The notes under the pieces were generated by a model that did not search any database, was not told where the DNA came from, and saw nothing but the letters and a program-made list of their open reading frames with translations. Below, piece after piece: positions 17,517 to 26,490 of a stretch of DNA of 34,374 bases (positions are counted from its first letter, which is position 1; the number at the start of each line of letters is the position of its first letter). The stretch spans positions 1-34,374 of IMG/VR virus record IMGVR_UViG_3300036784_000080; one strand, given 5' to 3'. Origin of the DNA: a virus. Its lineage: Duplodnaviria > Caudoviricetes. The position numbers were made by a program, and so were the translations under genes.

Positions 17517-18188
17517 TTAGTGACGTGCTGGCGCGGCTCCCGCGTCTGCTGCTGGAGTCCCCTGCACTGTGCGGTTGTTGCCGGGAGCGTGGTCTTCTGC
17601 GGGGTCGGTCGCCGTCCCCTGCACCTTCGCTCGAAAGGCCGCTTGCGCTTTCATCACGGCGGGGTCGCGTGGGTCGGGAATCTCAACGGGGTCTGTCTTC
17701 GGCGGGTTGGCGCGTTCGGCGTCAAACTCATCCATCACGGTCTGGAATTTGTTGGCCGCTTCCACCTGCTTGCGGTTGGCTTCGTTGTTCTCGGCTTCGT
17801 TCGCCTCGGCTTGCGCGATAAGTTGTTCGACGTGATCCTCATGCGCGATGAGCGGGGTTGACGGTTCGATCCGCGAACGTGCTCTGATCGCGGCTTCGCC
17901 TGATCCGGCTCCGCGTGGTGACGTGTCCCTCGGTCGCTGCTGCAAGGGCTTCGGTGGGTCGGGCTGGCCTGTTGCGCGTCCTGTCCCCATCGTCTGATGA
18001 TTCGCTGTGTCGGTCGTCATGGCTTTCGTCTCCTTGGGCGGTTCTGGTTGTGTGGCCTGACGCATCCGCGCTGCGGTCGGGCCGTCGTCGCGAAGCTTCG
18101 GCGTCGGCTGTCGCTTCTTCGGCGGTGGCGGCGGCGGTCGCTTCGGCTTCGACGGCGGTTTCGGCGGATGCTTTTTCGTGGTGGACAT
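17517..18188 (-). CDS. Pro/Lys-rich, largely disordered hypothetical protein
   Basis: 223 aa from MSTTKKHPPKPP; fills the gap between neighbours. Confidence 0.7.
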   Translation of the reverse strand: MSTTKKHPPKPPSKPKRPPPPPPKKRQPTPKLRDDGPTAARMRQATQPEPPKETKAMTTDTANHQTMGTGRATGQPDPPKPLQQRPRDTSPRGAGSGEAAIRARSRIEPSTPLIAHEDHVEQLIAQAEANEAENNEANRKQVEAANKFQTVMDEFDAERANPPKTDPVEIPDPRDPAVMKAQAAFRAKVQGTATDPAEDHAPGNNRTVQGTPAADAGAAPARH

Positions 18189-18192
18189 AGCT

Positions 18193-18660
18193 CTACGCTG
18201 CGGTTTCTTCGTGGAAGGCGAAGAGGGCGGTTCCACTCGGTTCGTTGTCGGTGGGCAGGTTCAAAGCCCATCGGTAGTCTTCGAGAAGACGCTTGTACTC
18301 GGCTCGATCTTCCGTGGACGCGCCTTTGCGAATCAGTTCACGCGGCGGCGGCTCCCAGATTTTCGAGCATCGCTGACAGATGACGATGGTTGGGCCGTGA
18401 GACAGCGTGTGTTTCACGACGGCATAGTTGGAGTCGTTGCCCTGGTAGAGCATCGAAACCCCCTTGCCTCCCTTGCGGTGAGCGCATCGGCTCTGGATAT
18501 CGCGCTGCCGCGCTTTGTCGGCGCGGAGTGAGGACTCGACGGCTTTCTGTCGGCCTTCCCTCTCGCTCTTGCGGTTGCGTCGGTCGAGGGCTTGCGCTCG
18601 TGCCTCTTCAAGCTGTAGGTCTGCAAGCTCGTCGGCTACTTTGGTTCTGTCTACTGGCAT
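18193..18660 (-). CDS. coiled-coil plus Zn-binding (CxH...H...CxxC) protein after the capsid gene
   Basis: 155 aa from MPVDRTK; strong AGGAGGAG RBS. Confidence 0.8.
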   Translation of the reverse strand: MPVDRTKVADELADLQLEEARAQALDRRNRKSEREGRQKAVESSLRADKARQRDIQSRCAHRKGGKGVSMLYQGNDSNYAVVKHTLSHGPTIVICQRCSKIWEPPPRELIRKGASTEDRAEYKRLLEDYRWALNLPTDNEPSGTALFAFHEETAA

Positions 18661-18768
18661 ACTCTCCTCCTGCGGTTGGGTAGGGGGGGCGGGGCTGGCA
18701 ACCCTCCCCCCGTCCACTCGTCGCGGCCATTACCCTCCCTTGTGAGGCATGGCGGGACGGAGTTGGGG

Positions 18769-19935
18769 TTAGCTGATTGCCGATACAGCGTCGATGTAGC
18801 GGATGCGCTGTACGGGGTCGGGTGGAAGAGTCGCCGTATACATGGTGTTGTAGCTGGCGAAGCCTCCAATCATCCGCGAAGGATCGTAGCCACTCGGCTC
18901 CGTCAGTCGCTTTACCCAGACGTTCAAATTTCTCCAGTCACCTTCCCCAATCTGCGTGTTCTCCTTCGCACCGAAGCTGATGCCGATGACGCCATCTTTT
19001 CCGATGATGTAGGTTCGCAAAGCGGTGAGGGTTCCGGCGTCGTAGTTGGGCGTCTGGAGCACGAACGTCGATTGATGGAAGCGAACACCTCCCCACTCGA
19101 TGATCGTCACGTTGTCACCGTCCGGTGCGGGTAGCTCTTTCAGCTTCTCCGCGCCTTCGGCGGTGCGCTTCACCACATCAACCAACGAGTTGTTCGTTTT
19201 GTCGGTGAGGATATCGCCAACCGTGAACGGGTGGATGACTCCGGTGTAGTAGCCGTTCTCGAAGGGCAGGGCATTGACTCCCGCAAGCGATTGCGCGGCT
19301 GCGGTGATATCAACGGTTGTGACGACGTTGGCTCCGGTCTTCGACAGATGACCGACGAGTGGATCAATCGAGTTGGCTCCGTCTGCGGTGTGTTGCAGAA
19401 TGAGGTTGATGACCTGCGCGAGACGATAGGCCATCTGCACTCCAAGGGCTTCAAGCGCGGGATCAATCGCGGTCTGGAGCGCATAGGTGCTGATGTTCGC
19501 GTAGTCGGCATAGTTGCCGATGGTTGACGTGTTCTGGACGACCGAAACGGTAAGGCCCGTCTGGATCGTTCCCTCTGGAGCCTGTGTCGGCGGGGTCGCG
19601 GGGGCCGGCAAATTTTGGTACATGAACAGCACCAATTTATTGCCGCTGTTTTCGTCCAGCATCCGGCGCGAACTGCACCTGACCCACGGTGTCTCGCCCT
19701 TCAAATTTTCAACGAAAACTTTGTCAAACGAAGTGACAACAGACTGGGGCAAATTGCTTGAGAGGTTCGACGCTGGACTGACTCCGACGCCCAGCACAAG
19801 GGCATGTGCTCTGCCCACGTTCCCGGTGTAGACGACTGCGGTTGAGCCTAACGCGCAGATAAACTCGATTACCGGGATGAGGTACTTCTTAAAGAACGTC
19901 CTGCCGCGCTCGGCGGCGATGGAATCGTTACGCAT
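18769..19935 (-). CDS. major capsid protein, N4-gp56 family
   Basis: FDKVFVENLK, SGNKLVLFMY, TIGNYADYANIS, YTGVIHP, GVRF and DPSRMIG motifs; follows the scaffold gene; ATG 19935 with GAGGG RBS. Confidence 0.9.
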   Translation of the reverse strand: MRNDSIAAERGRTFFKKYLIPVIEFICALGSTAVVYTGNVGRAHALVLGVGVSPASNLSSNLPQSVVTSFDKVFVENLKGETPWVRCSSRRMLDENSGNKLVLFMYQNLPAPATPPTQAPEGTIQTGLTVSVVQNTSTIGNYADYANISTYALQTAIDPALEALGVQMAYRLAQVINLILQHTADGANSIDPLVGHLSKTGANVVTTVDITAAAQSLAGVNALPFENGYYTGVIHPFTVGDILTDKTNNSLVDVVKRTAEGAEKLKELPAPDGDNVTIIEWGGVRFHQSTFVLQTPNYDAGTLTALRTYIIGKDGVIGISFGAKENTQIGEGDWRNLNVWVKRLTEPSGYDPSRMIGGFASYNTMYTATLPPDPVQRIRYIDAVSAIS

Positions 19936-19958
19936 GGCTTTACCCTCGAAGGGTGGAG

Positions 19959-20777
19959 TCACGCGCTCATGGCATCTACCTGTCTGCGAAATTCCGGGTC
20001 TGAACGGATTTTGTCGTTGTACTCGGCCCTTGGCATCCTCTCGATATCAGCGCGTGTGTACTTCTTTTTCGTCGTCGGTGGCGGGGCTGACGCGCTTGCG
20101 TCGGAGCTACGGATCACCGTCGATACACTGCGGGGTCTGGGAGAGGGCGCGGTTGGCGCGGTTGCCTTTCCGTTGGTGTTCGTGTTGATGCGGGTGTCGA
20201 GGTCTTGCTCACCTTCCGGCCACGGAACCAGTTCGTCACGGTCTTTGAGGGTTTGGAAGACGATTGCAAGGTTGTTGCGAGTCAAGTCCCATCCCTGCGC
20301 CTTTAGCTCATCGAACAAAGCGTCACGGTTTTGTGGGACGGGGTAGAAGTCGGGGTGTTCCAGGCGGAAGGCTTTCGCCTCTTCGCCGTAGTAGGCATCG
20401 CGTTCGTTGGCGTCCATCTCGGAGAATTTCTTTCCACTTGCAGAGAGTGACATACCTTGCCGCGCCGTCACGATCTCATCCACGGCTTCCACCACGCGCT
20501 CTGGATCGGTGATATCCGATGAGAGTCTTAGGCGGTCTTCATGGCTGAGTTGCTTGGGTTCAATCTTTAGTGCGGGACGGGCGGCGTCCGGCTTTCGCAA
20601 GCGGCTTATCTCCCGGTTGGCGTTAACGGCCGTCTTAAGGAGTTGGTCGGACACCTCTCTGTAACTCTTGCCCTTAAACGTCGAGACACGCGCTCCGGTT
20701 GCGTTTTTGATAACGGCAACGTAATTTCCATCGTCGTCAAGTCCCTTTTCATCGTCATTGATCCATTCGGCTTCCAT
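19959..20777 (-). CDS. capsid scaffolding protein
   Basis: Acidic and helical, 272 aa, ends YTRADIERMPRAEY...DPEFRRQVD; lies directly upstream of the capsid gene; AGGAG RBS. Confidence 0.75.
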   Translation of the reverse strand: MEAEWINDDEKGLDDDGNYVAVIKNATGARVSTFKGKSYREVSDQLLKTAVNANREISRLRKPDAARPALKIEPKQLSHEDRLRLSSDITDPERVVEAVDEIVTARQGMSLSASGKKFSEMDANERDAYYGEEAKAFRLEHPDFYPVPQNRDALFDELKAQGWDLTRNNLAIVFQTLKDRDELVPWPEGEQDLDTRINTNTNGKATAPTAPSPRPRSVSTVIRSSDASASAPPPTTKKKYTRADIERMPRAEYNDKIRSDPEFRRQVDAMSA

Positions 20778-20788
20778 TCGGGTTTCTC

Positions 20789-21202
20789 CTAAATTCCCGC
20801 GTAGTTGTCCTCATCTGCCGGGGAGAATCGCATCGGGTCGAGTATGTTCTCGATCCTCTTTTCCTCGTCGGTCATTTCGGGTACGGGGGGTTTCGGCGCA
20901 ACAGACGCTAGGTAGAGTTTTGCTTCAGAGTCGATCTTGTCCTGCATGTGGGTGAAGATTTGCCACGCTGCCTTCGCCATCTTGTGATTGGCAAGTACGG
21001 CGGCTTCGTCGGCGGCGTCGGTGTTGATGAGGTTGGTTTCGGTTTCAATGCAGCACATCTCTAAAACGTCAAGCAGGTCGGGGTAGACTTCGCTGCGTTG
21101 CAGGTTAAGCAGGTTCCGGCGTTGTATCGGTTTGAGTTCCGATGTGACGCCAAACGTCCGCTCATTGCGTATCAGTTCGTTCATGCGCTGGCCTTCGATC
21201 AT
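20789..21202 (-). CDS. small head-associated protein between portal and scaffold
   Basis: 137-aa helical protein; ATG 21202 overlaps the upstream TGA. Confidence 0.65.
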   Translation of the reverse strand: MIEGQRMNELIRNERTFGVTSELKPIQRRNLLNLQRSEVYPDLLDVLEMCCIETETNLINTDAADEAAVLANHKMAKAAWQIFTHMQDKIDSEAKLYLASVAPKPPVPEMTDEEKRIENILDPMRFSPADEDNYAGI

Positions 21203-21585
21203 GGGTGCGCCTCCGCTGGCTGCTGCTGCCCTGTGGCGGCGTCGTGTTCTTCCTTGGCTTCGATTAGCCTCTGCATCTCGCCTCCGCTCATCTGGCGAGG
21301 ATCGCGGAGCATGTAGCCAACGTTCATACAGGCGATTCCAAGGGCGGTGATGTGAACGAAGAATTTTCCGCTCACGCTCTGGTGTGCCTGGGCGCAATCT
21401 TCGACTAGGCCGCGCTCGATCAACGGCGCGTAGAGTTGTTCGGGAGTGAATTGCTCGTCCTCATCCATCAGGCCGCGCCATCCAATCCCGCCAAAAGGGT
21501 CATATTTTCTCTGCTCCCAAAGGGCCAACAAAAGCCGTTGATGCCGGGGCATGATCGCAACGTACTTGTCGGGTATCGGCATCAT
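21199..21585 (-). CDS. hypothetical protein (winged-helix-like pattern)
   Basis: 128 aa; LIERGLVE...VHITALG; coupled to the portal stop. Confidence 0.7.
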   Translation of the reverse strand: MMPIPDKYVAIMPRHQRLLLALWEQRKYDPFGGIGWRGLMDEDEQFTPEQLYAPLIERGLVEDCAQAHQSVSGKFFVHITALGIACMNVGYMLRDPRQMSGGEMQRLIEAKEEHDAATGQQQPAEAHP

Positions 21586-23702
21586 CCGCCTCCCACTGGC
21601 GCGTAGAACTGGCTCTGCTGCATCTGCCGTTCGTCGGCGGTGCGTTCCGCGAAGGCGGCGGCTCGGTCGATGGGTGACTCTACTGCGGCCTGGTGTGTCG
21701 TCGCGATGGTCTTGGTCGCGATTCTCCCGGCAATCTTCTTGTCCTCAAGCTCCATATCGTTCGCGTGTTTCTGCTGGAGTTGTGCGCTGTCGGCCTGTGC
21801 TTTGATGGCGGCGGGGTTCTGCTGCATCATCGTCGCCTTCTCCTGATCGGTCATCGGGACAACCAGATCGTTCTGGTTCTTCCACTCGCTCATATCGAGA
21901 ATCATCTTGACGAGTTCCAGCGCGTTGACTTTGTAGCCAACCTGCGAAAGTTGCTGGACGAGTGCCTGATTGCCGAAGACTTCAAGCAGGAAGGGAAGGG
22001 CTTGCGCCATTTTGTTTCGGGCGGCGAGACGGGTTCCGGCTAGCGTGTCGAATTTGACGACGCTCTCCATGAAGTCTTGGAAGTCCACAACGAGGTCGCC
22101 TGTGCGGTCGGCAAGCACATCGCGGATTTCGGATATCGGCATCCGCTCCCTGACCATGTGGTAGAGGAAGGCGAGGAAGGGAAGGAACACCCCGTCGATC
22201 ACGCGGTCAACGGGAGACTGAAGGCGGGTGTTCGACGCTTGGCCTACCAGTCCGGCTCCGGTGCCACTGCGAACGATGCTCGATCCGCGTCCCGGTACTG
22301 ATCCCTGGACGCTGGCCTGATCCGCTCCGGTCGCGCCTTCTGAGGACATAACGACGGCTTGAATCGCTCTCCAGCCATCGGGCGGGAGTACGGGCTGCGG
22401 GACGAGGGCGATGGCCTTGGTAGCGTCGGGGCCGTCCACCAACCGGATGCCCCCCAGACGCCTCCGCTGGTCTTGTGTGGGGATGTTGGCTCCCCTGGCT
22501 ACGGCATACTCCGGCTGGACGGCGAAGGCGAGGATATCGAGGAGCGCGTTGATGACGCCTTGTTCTACGCGCTGGTCGGCTCCGGCGATACGTCCCACGC
22601 CCATCCCGTACCCGGCGTTGTCCATATCCCAATAGTTCGCGGAGAGAAAGGGCTTCTCCGGCATCTTGTGTTTGTTGTTGCGGATGACACATTTTTTCTG
22701 GAGCACTACGCGGCAATCGGTCTTGCTGAACCATTCCAAAACCTGCATCGGCTTGAGGAGTGGGTCTTCGCTGTAGTCCTCGTCACGGTACGCGGCGTGA
22801 TGGACGCTGAGGTTTGCGCCTAGGCTGCGCTCGGTCGCCTCGATCCCTTCGGTTTGCTCCGTCGTCTCCGGCATGAACATGGCGCGGAGTATGTCGTCCG
22901 ATGGGATATCGTAGTCGGGATTCTCGCGGAGTTTGGTGAGGTCGTCGTAGGTTAGATATTTTTCGTGGATGATCCATTTGGCCTTCCAAAGTTGGTTAGG
23001 GCTGGCCCAGGTCGGGTCGATGAAAACCTCACCCAGATTGATCTTTTCAAAGACTGGCCTATTGTGCGTAACCTCCACGTCCACGGCTTCAAACTCGTCG
23101 GACTCTTCGGTGAAAATCGTGATCTTGTTGCCCAACGGCATATCCACTTGCGGCGGGGCTTTCTTGCGGTAGTAGTGCGTCTCGACGGTGGTAACGGTCT
23201 CCCATCCAAGCTTGAAGATGACCGTCCCCTGGTTGACCATCCCCTGAATCCCATAGCTCAATTCCTGCTTGAAGTGAATCTCATCCAGTAGCTCGGTGAC
23301 GAGTTCTTTCCACGCTCGTACAGTGTCCTGCTTGGTGTTGGGCCGGGGCCGGATTTCAAACGGGGTCGGGTCAGAAAAAATCGCCCCCGATATGGCGGGG
23401 GCGAGTGAGTTAACCTGCTTGGCAACTGAGAAGCGGGAGACGTTGGCGCGGGTGACGCTCGATCCTTCAAAGGTCGATAGCGTTTGCGGCGATTGGTAGA
23501 GGATATCGGTGGAGTTCCACTGGAGCGGCCAACGTCGATCATTCAGCCACGCGCTAGCGCGTAAGAAGTCCTGGACGACGATGGAGAGTACGGCTTCGTC
23601 GGTGTACTTCGCTGGAATCGCCGGGTCTGCCGGGGTCGTCACGTCTCGCCCGTAGACGGGTTGAGACCAATTACTGTCCGCAACTAGCGCAGCCGTCGCC
23701 AT
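21582..23702 (-). CDS. portal protein
   Basis: About 706 aa; GTVIFKLGW, VFIDP, YGMGVG and C-terminal Q-rich coiled coil; follows the terminase. GTG 23708 is an alternative start. Confidence 0.9.
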   Translation of the reverse strand: MATAALVADSNWSQPVYGRDVTTPADPAIPAKYTDEAVLSIVVQDFLRASAWLNDRRWPLQWNSTDILYQSPQTLSTFEGSSVTRANVSRFSVAKQVNSLAPAISGAIFSDPTPFEIRPRPNTKQDTVRAWKELVTELLDEIHFKQELSYGIQGMVNQGTVIFKLGWETVTTVETHYYRKKAPPQVDMPLGNKITIFTEESDEFEAVDVEVTHNRPVFEKINLGEVFIDPTWASPNQLWKAKWIIHEKYLTYDDLTKLRENPDYDIPSDDILRAMFMPETTEQTEGIEATERSLGANLSVHHAAYRDEDYSEDPLLKPMQVLEWFSKTDCRVVLQKKCVIRNNKHKMPEKPFLSANYWDMDNAGYGMGVGRIAGADQRVEQGVINALLDILAFAVQPEYAVARGANIPTQDQRRRLGGIRLVDGPDATKAIALVPQPVLPPDGWRAIQAVVMSSEGATGADQASVQGSVPGRGSSIVRSGTGAGLVGQASNTRLQSPVDRVIDGVFLPFLAFLYHMVRERMPISEIRDVLADRTGDLVVDFQDFMESVVKFDTLAGTRLAARNKMAQALPFLLEVFGNQALVQQLSQVGYKVNALELVKMILDMSEWKNQNDLVVPMTDQEKATMMQQNPAAIKAQADSAQLQQKHANDMELEDKKIAGRIATKTIATTHQAAVESPIDRAAAFAERTADERQMQQSQFYAPVGGG

Positions 23703-23824
23703 TAACACACCCGTAACAGGACTGCTCTTTTTAGGGGGTTCGGGTCGGTGTTTCCGGCCACTTCCGCAATCGTTGAACGCTCAGGGAGTTAGGAGCGTCG
23801 TTCTCGGACAACCAGTAAGCCCGA

Positions 23825-23853
23825 ATAGTAACCCTAGTTTTCGTTACTGGCAA
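23825..23853 (-). promoter_or_regulatory. sigma70-type promoter for the portal/structural operon
   Basis: TTGCCA-N17-TACTAT, overlapped by inverted repeats AGTAAC/GTTACT and CCAGTAA/TTACTGG. Confidence 0.7.
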
Positions 23854-23887
23854 ACCATCAACTTGTGAGTTTCGCTTTACTTACGCT

Positions 23888-24046
23888 TCACCCATGATGG
23901 CAACTAAAGATGTGATCGCAATACATGCATCGACCATTTGACCCTTCTTCAAACTCCGCGCATGGGCCAAGGTTATCGGGGTAGGTGGGGCATCCGCAAT
24001 CTGTTCTGGGATGGCGGGGCGTCATCGTCGTGTCGCACAGTTGCAT
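23888..24046 (-). CDS. 52-aa Cys/His-rich Zn-binding protein (absent from the ORF track)
   Basis: MQLCDTTMTPRHPRTDCGCPTYPDNLGPCAEFEEGSNGRCMYCDHIFSCHHG; ATG is separated from the terminase stop by 1 nt. Confidence 0.7.
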   Translation of the reverse strand: MQLCDTTMTPRHPRTDCGCPTYPDNLGPCAEFEEGSNGRCMYCDHIFSCHHG

Positions 24047-24047
24047 T

Positions 24048-25790
24048 TCAGCCATTCAAACCTCCAAGGATGTTCTCAAGGCCAAGCTCGTTGAATGGTT
24101 CCGTCCCCGGCTCCGGCTCCTCGTCCACAACCTCCTCCGGCTCCGGCTCCGGTCGCGCATATGGGCCTCGATTGTAGACCATATTGAAATGGTCGGTCTC
24201 GGCGGCGGCTCTCCACGCTGAGGTCTCGTCGTCAAGGTCATCGGCGGCGATGGACTGCGGAAGGTTGTCGGCAACACGCGCTATGCAGTCGGGGATGCCG
24301 TTCTCTGGAATCATGCCGTACTGTGTGGTCTGGAGCATGAGGGCGCGTAGCTGCTTCATGCCTCCGTTGAAAAGCAGTCGCCCGGTCGCAAGTACCGATT
24401 CGATGTTGCGGATGCGAAGGTCTCGCTCCCCGGTGTCTTCATCGAAGATGTTCCAGTCGATCCCGATATCCCATCCGGTTGTGAGCGCATAGTTTTGGAT
24501 CGCGGGTTGCATCAACCGCGCTCCCGGTGAGTCTTCGATGGAGATTCGATGGAGCGAGTGTTTCCGCGCAAGGGTGACGACGTTCCGCGCCAACACGCTC
24601 GGCTTATAGTGGCCGTCGATCACTTCCCCGATGTAACAACGGTTGCGGTGGAGCGTCCCCACGGCGGCGGTCGCCGTCTTCCAGTCCTTGTTCCGGCAGG
24701 GGAATCTCCAGTGGATGTAGGTCGCGCCTTCAAGCGGAAGCGCGGTCTCCTCGACCATCGCGGCTAACATCTGATCCTGGCTGAACACGACTTCGCTGGC
24801 TCCGTACTCGTCCAGCATGTACTGAGTTTGGAAGCTCTCAAACCCGCTCTCGTACTCGGTGCGGAGATAGTCGTAGCTGAGGATTGTAGGGAAGTGCAAC
24901 GTCACTTCGTCTTCTTCGGGGAAGCCGTTCGGGTCGATGCGTTCGCCACTCTTCAGCGTCATCGCGGGTTTGATGATGCGGCGGATGGTGCCGGGGCGCG
25001 AGGTCAAGACTTCATCGGTGAAGAGGTCGCCGCTGCCGTAGATGGTTCCCACCTTCAATTCGATCCCAACAGGCTTAAGCACCTTGCGGTTAAGTTTGTA
25101 TTTTTTGGTGATCGTGGATCGTGCGGTGAAGGTCTGCGAGTTCCGGTTGTTCGACACGTCATCCACCACAAGCACATTCGGATGGTATCCGCTCACCCCT
25201 GACTCAACGGACTCACCCCATATCGCGGGTTCGATGATTTCGGGTTCGGTTTGTCGGACAGCGGCCGTAAATTCTCCGCTGTCCGGCTCCTTCGTGACGC
25301 ATAGCTCCGGCCAAAGGGCTTGAAATAGCGTCGGCGGTCGGTTGTGCTTGCGATAGAAGTAGCTGCTTACCTGCCCAACGAAGTCCCATGCGAGGTCGCG
25401 GCGTCCGCACATAATCATGATCGCGATGGTGAGCGGCCAACAGGTAATTAGCTGGACACAGTTGGCGAGACAGATGGTGGTCTTGAAGACGCCACGCGGG
25501 AGTAGCAGGGAACCGCGCCTGGTTCCCAGATGAAGGTTGATCCACTCGTTCAATTCCATCTCTGGATTTTTTTCGAGAAAGTAGGCTATGGCGTCATGAT
25601 GAATGTGTTCGTCCACAAGACACTGGCCCAACACCCAACACAGCGCAAGTAGGTTGTGCTGGCAGACGCGCCTCCCGTCTTCGCGTATCTGCTCGTCCTC
25701 CTGCGCCAACACGGTCAATTCCGCTCTCCATCGCTTGTTATCGAAGTTCTCTTGCGAGGGGTCGCGAAGCTTTCTCCAGTTAAAGTGCAT
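24048..25790 (-). CDS. terL: terminase large subunit (ATPase motifs intact, nuclease motifs degenerate)
   Basis: Walker A LLLPRGVFKTT, Walker B VLVVDD, coupling motif VGT, F..QY linker; C-terminal RNase H-like pattern IED...RIRNIE..LATGRLLF. Confidence 0.85.
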   Translation of the reverse strand: MHFNWRKLRDPSQENFDNKRWRAELTVLAQEDEQIREDGRRVCQHNLLALCWVLGQCLVDEHIHHDAIAYFLEKNPEMELNEWINLHLGTRRGSLLLPRGVFKTTICLANCVQLITCWPLTIAIMIMCGRRDLAWDFVGQVSSYFYRKHNRPPTLFQALWPELCVTKEPDSGEFTAAVRQTEPEIIEPAIWGESVESGVSGYHPNVLVVDDVSNNRNSQTFTARSTITKKYKLNRKVLKPVGIELKVGTIYGSGDLFTDEVLTSRPGTIRRIIKPAMTLKSGERIDPNGFPEEDEVTLHFPTILSYDYLRTEYESGFESFQTQYMLDEYGASEVVFSQDQMLAAMVEETALPLEGATYIHWRFPCRNKDWKTATAAVGTLHRNRCYIGEVIDGHYKPSVLARNVVTLARKHSLHRISIEDSPGARLMQPAIQNYALTTGWDIGIDWNIFDEDTGERDLRIRNIESVLATGRLLFNGGMKQLRALMLQTTQYGMIPENGIPDCIARVADNLPQSIAADDLDDETSAWRAAAETDHFNMVYNRGPYARPEPEPEEVVDEEPEPGTEPFNELGLENILGGLNG

Positions 25791-25998
25791 CCCGCCACTC
25801 CTTCTCCAGCATCCAGACGCGCTCCGGCTCTGGGTCGCGTTCGCTGTACGCGGTGGAGTGCGGGAGGTCTGCCGGGTGTCCGGCCTTCCATGTGCAGTTC
25901 AAAAAACCGTCGTCGCCGTGTGGCGTGACGAACGGACACTGGAGGTCTCCGTGTTTGCTGTTCCAGGGGTGCGCTTGCTTCTCTTCAAACGTCATCAC
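25780..25998 (-). CDS. small Cys/His-containing hypothetical protein
   Basis: 72 aa, C...CxxxxGHxxxxxH pattern; overlaps neighbours. Confidence 0.65.
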   Translation of the reverse strand: MMTFEEKQAHPWNSKHGDLQCPFVTPHGDDGFLNCTWKAGHPADLPHSTAYSERDPEPERVWMLEKEWRDAL

Positions 25999-26273
25999 AT
26001 CCCCGGCGTCTCTTCGTCCTGCTGCTGCGGTAGGGGCTGCATCGCTCCCTGGACGTGTTGGGCAAGCTCCTCCGGCGTTGCGATGTTGTACTCCTTCTCG
26101 CTGCGCTGGCCGTCTGTCGGCGGTCGGCCATGCTTGTCTCCAAGCTCATGCTTGGCGATGAAGCCGTTGGCCGTCCTGCGGATGTGCATACCGTGGGTGT
26201 GGAGTTTCTTACCTTCCGACCCCAGAATCTTCTCTGCTGCTGCCGATACTGGCGATTGGGTAGCCGTAGCCAT
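25995..26273 (-). CDS. phage hypothetical protein
   Basis: 92 aa; GGAGG RBS; MHIRRTANGFIAKH...ELAQHV. Confidence 0.8.
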   Translation of the reverse strand: MATATQSPVSAAAEKILGSEGKKLHTHGMHIRRTANGFIAKHELGDKHGRPPTDGQRSEKEYNIATPEELAQHVQGAMQPLPQQQDEETPGM

Positions 26274-26490
26274 TTTTTTCCTCCGTTTCTACTGCCATGC
26301 GAACGTGAACAACGATCACGTCTCCCACGCGCTCCAGCCGATACCATCGTTTCGGGTTGGGGTGGGTGAGTTCGTAGAGAAATTGCGGGATGTTTTCGAG
26401 CGCGATGTGTACCCCGTCGATGATGAGGTCTGTCTGGTTGAACGCGATATTTGTGGTGCGAATCATCCGCGAAAGGTTCTCCAAGCTCAT
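26209..26490 (-). CDS. hypothetical protein
   Basis: 93 aa; TGATG-coupled to 26490..28346; overlaps the next gene by 65 nt. Confidence 0.65.
   Translation of the reverse strand: MSLENLSRMIRTTNIAFNQTDLIIDGVHIALENIPQFLYELTHPNPKRWYRLERVGDVIVVHVRMAVETEEKNGYGYPIASIGSSREDSGVGR

Noticed and set aside
18661-18771. Capsid stop read-through into the in-frame gene 18193..18660
   Set aside because: A second in-frame TAA occurs 13 codons after the capsid stop.
26270-26284. Programmed -1 frameshift at A AAA AAT fusing 26209..26490 to 25995..26273
   Set aside because: The downstream gene is in the +1 frame, not -1, and has its own GGAGG RBS.
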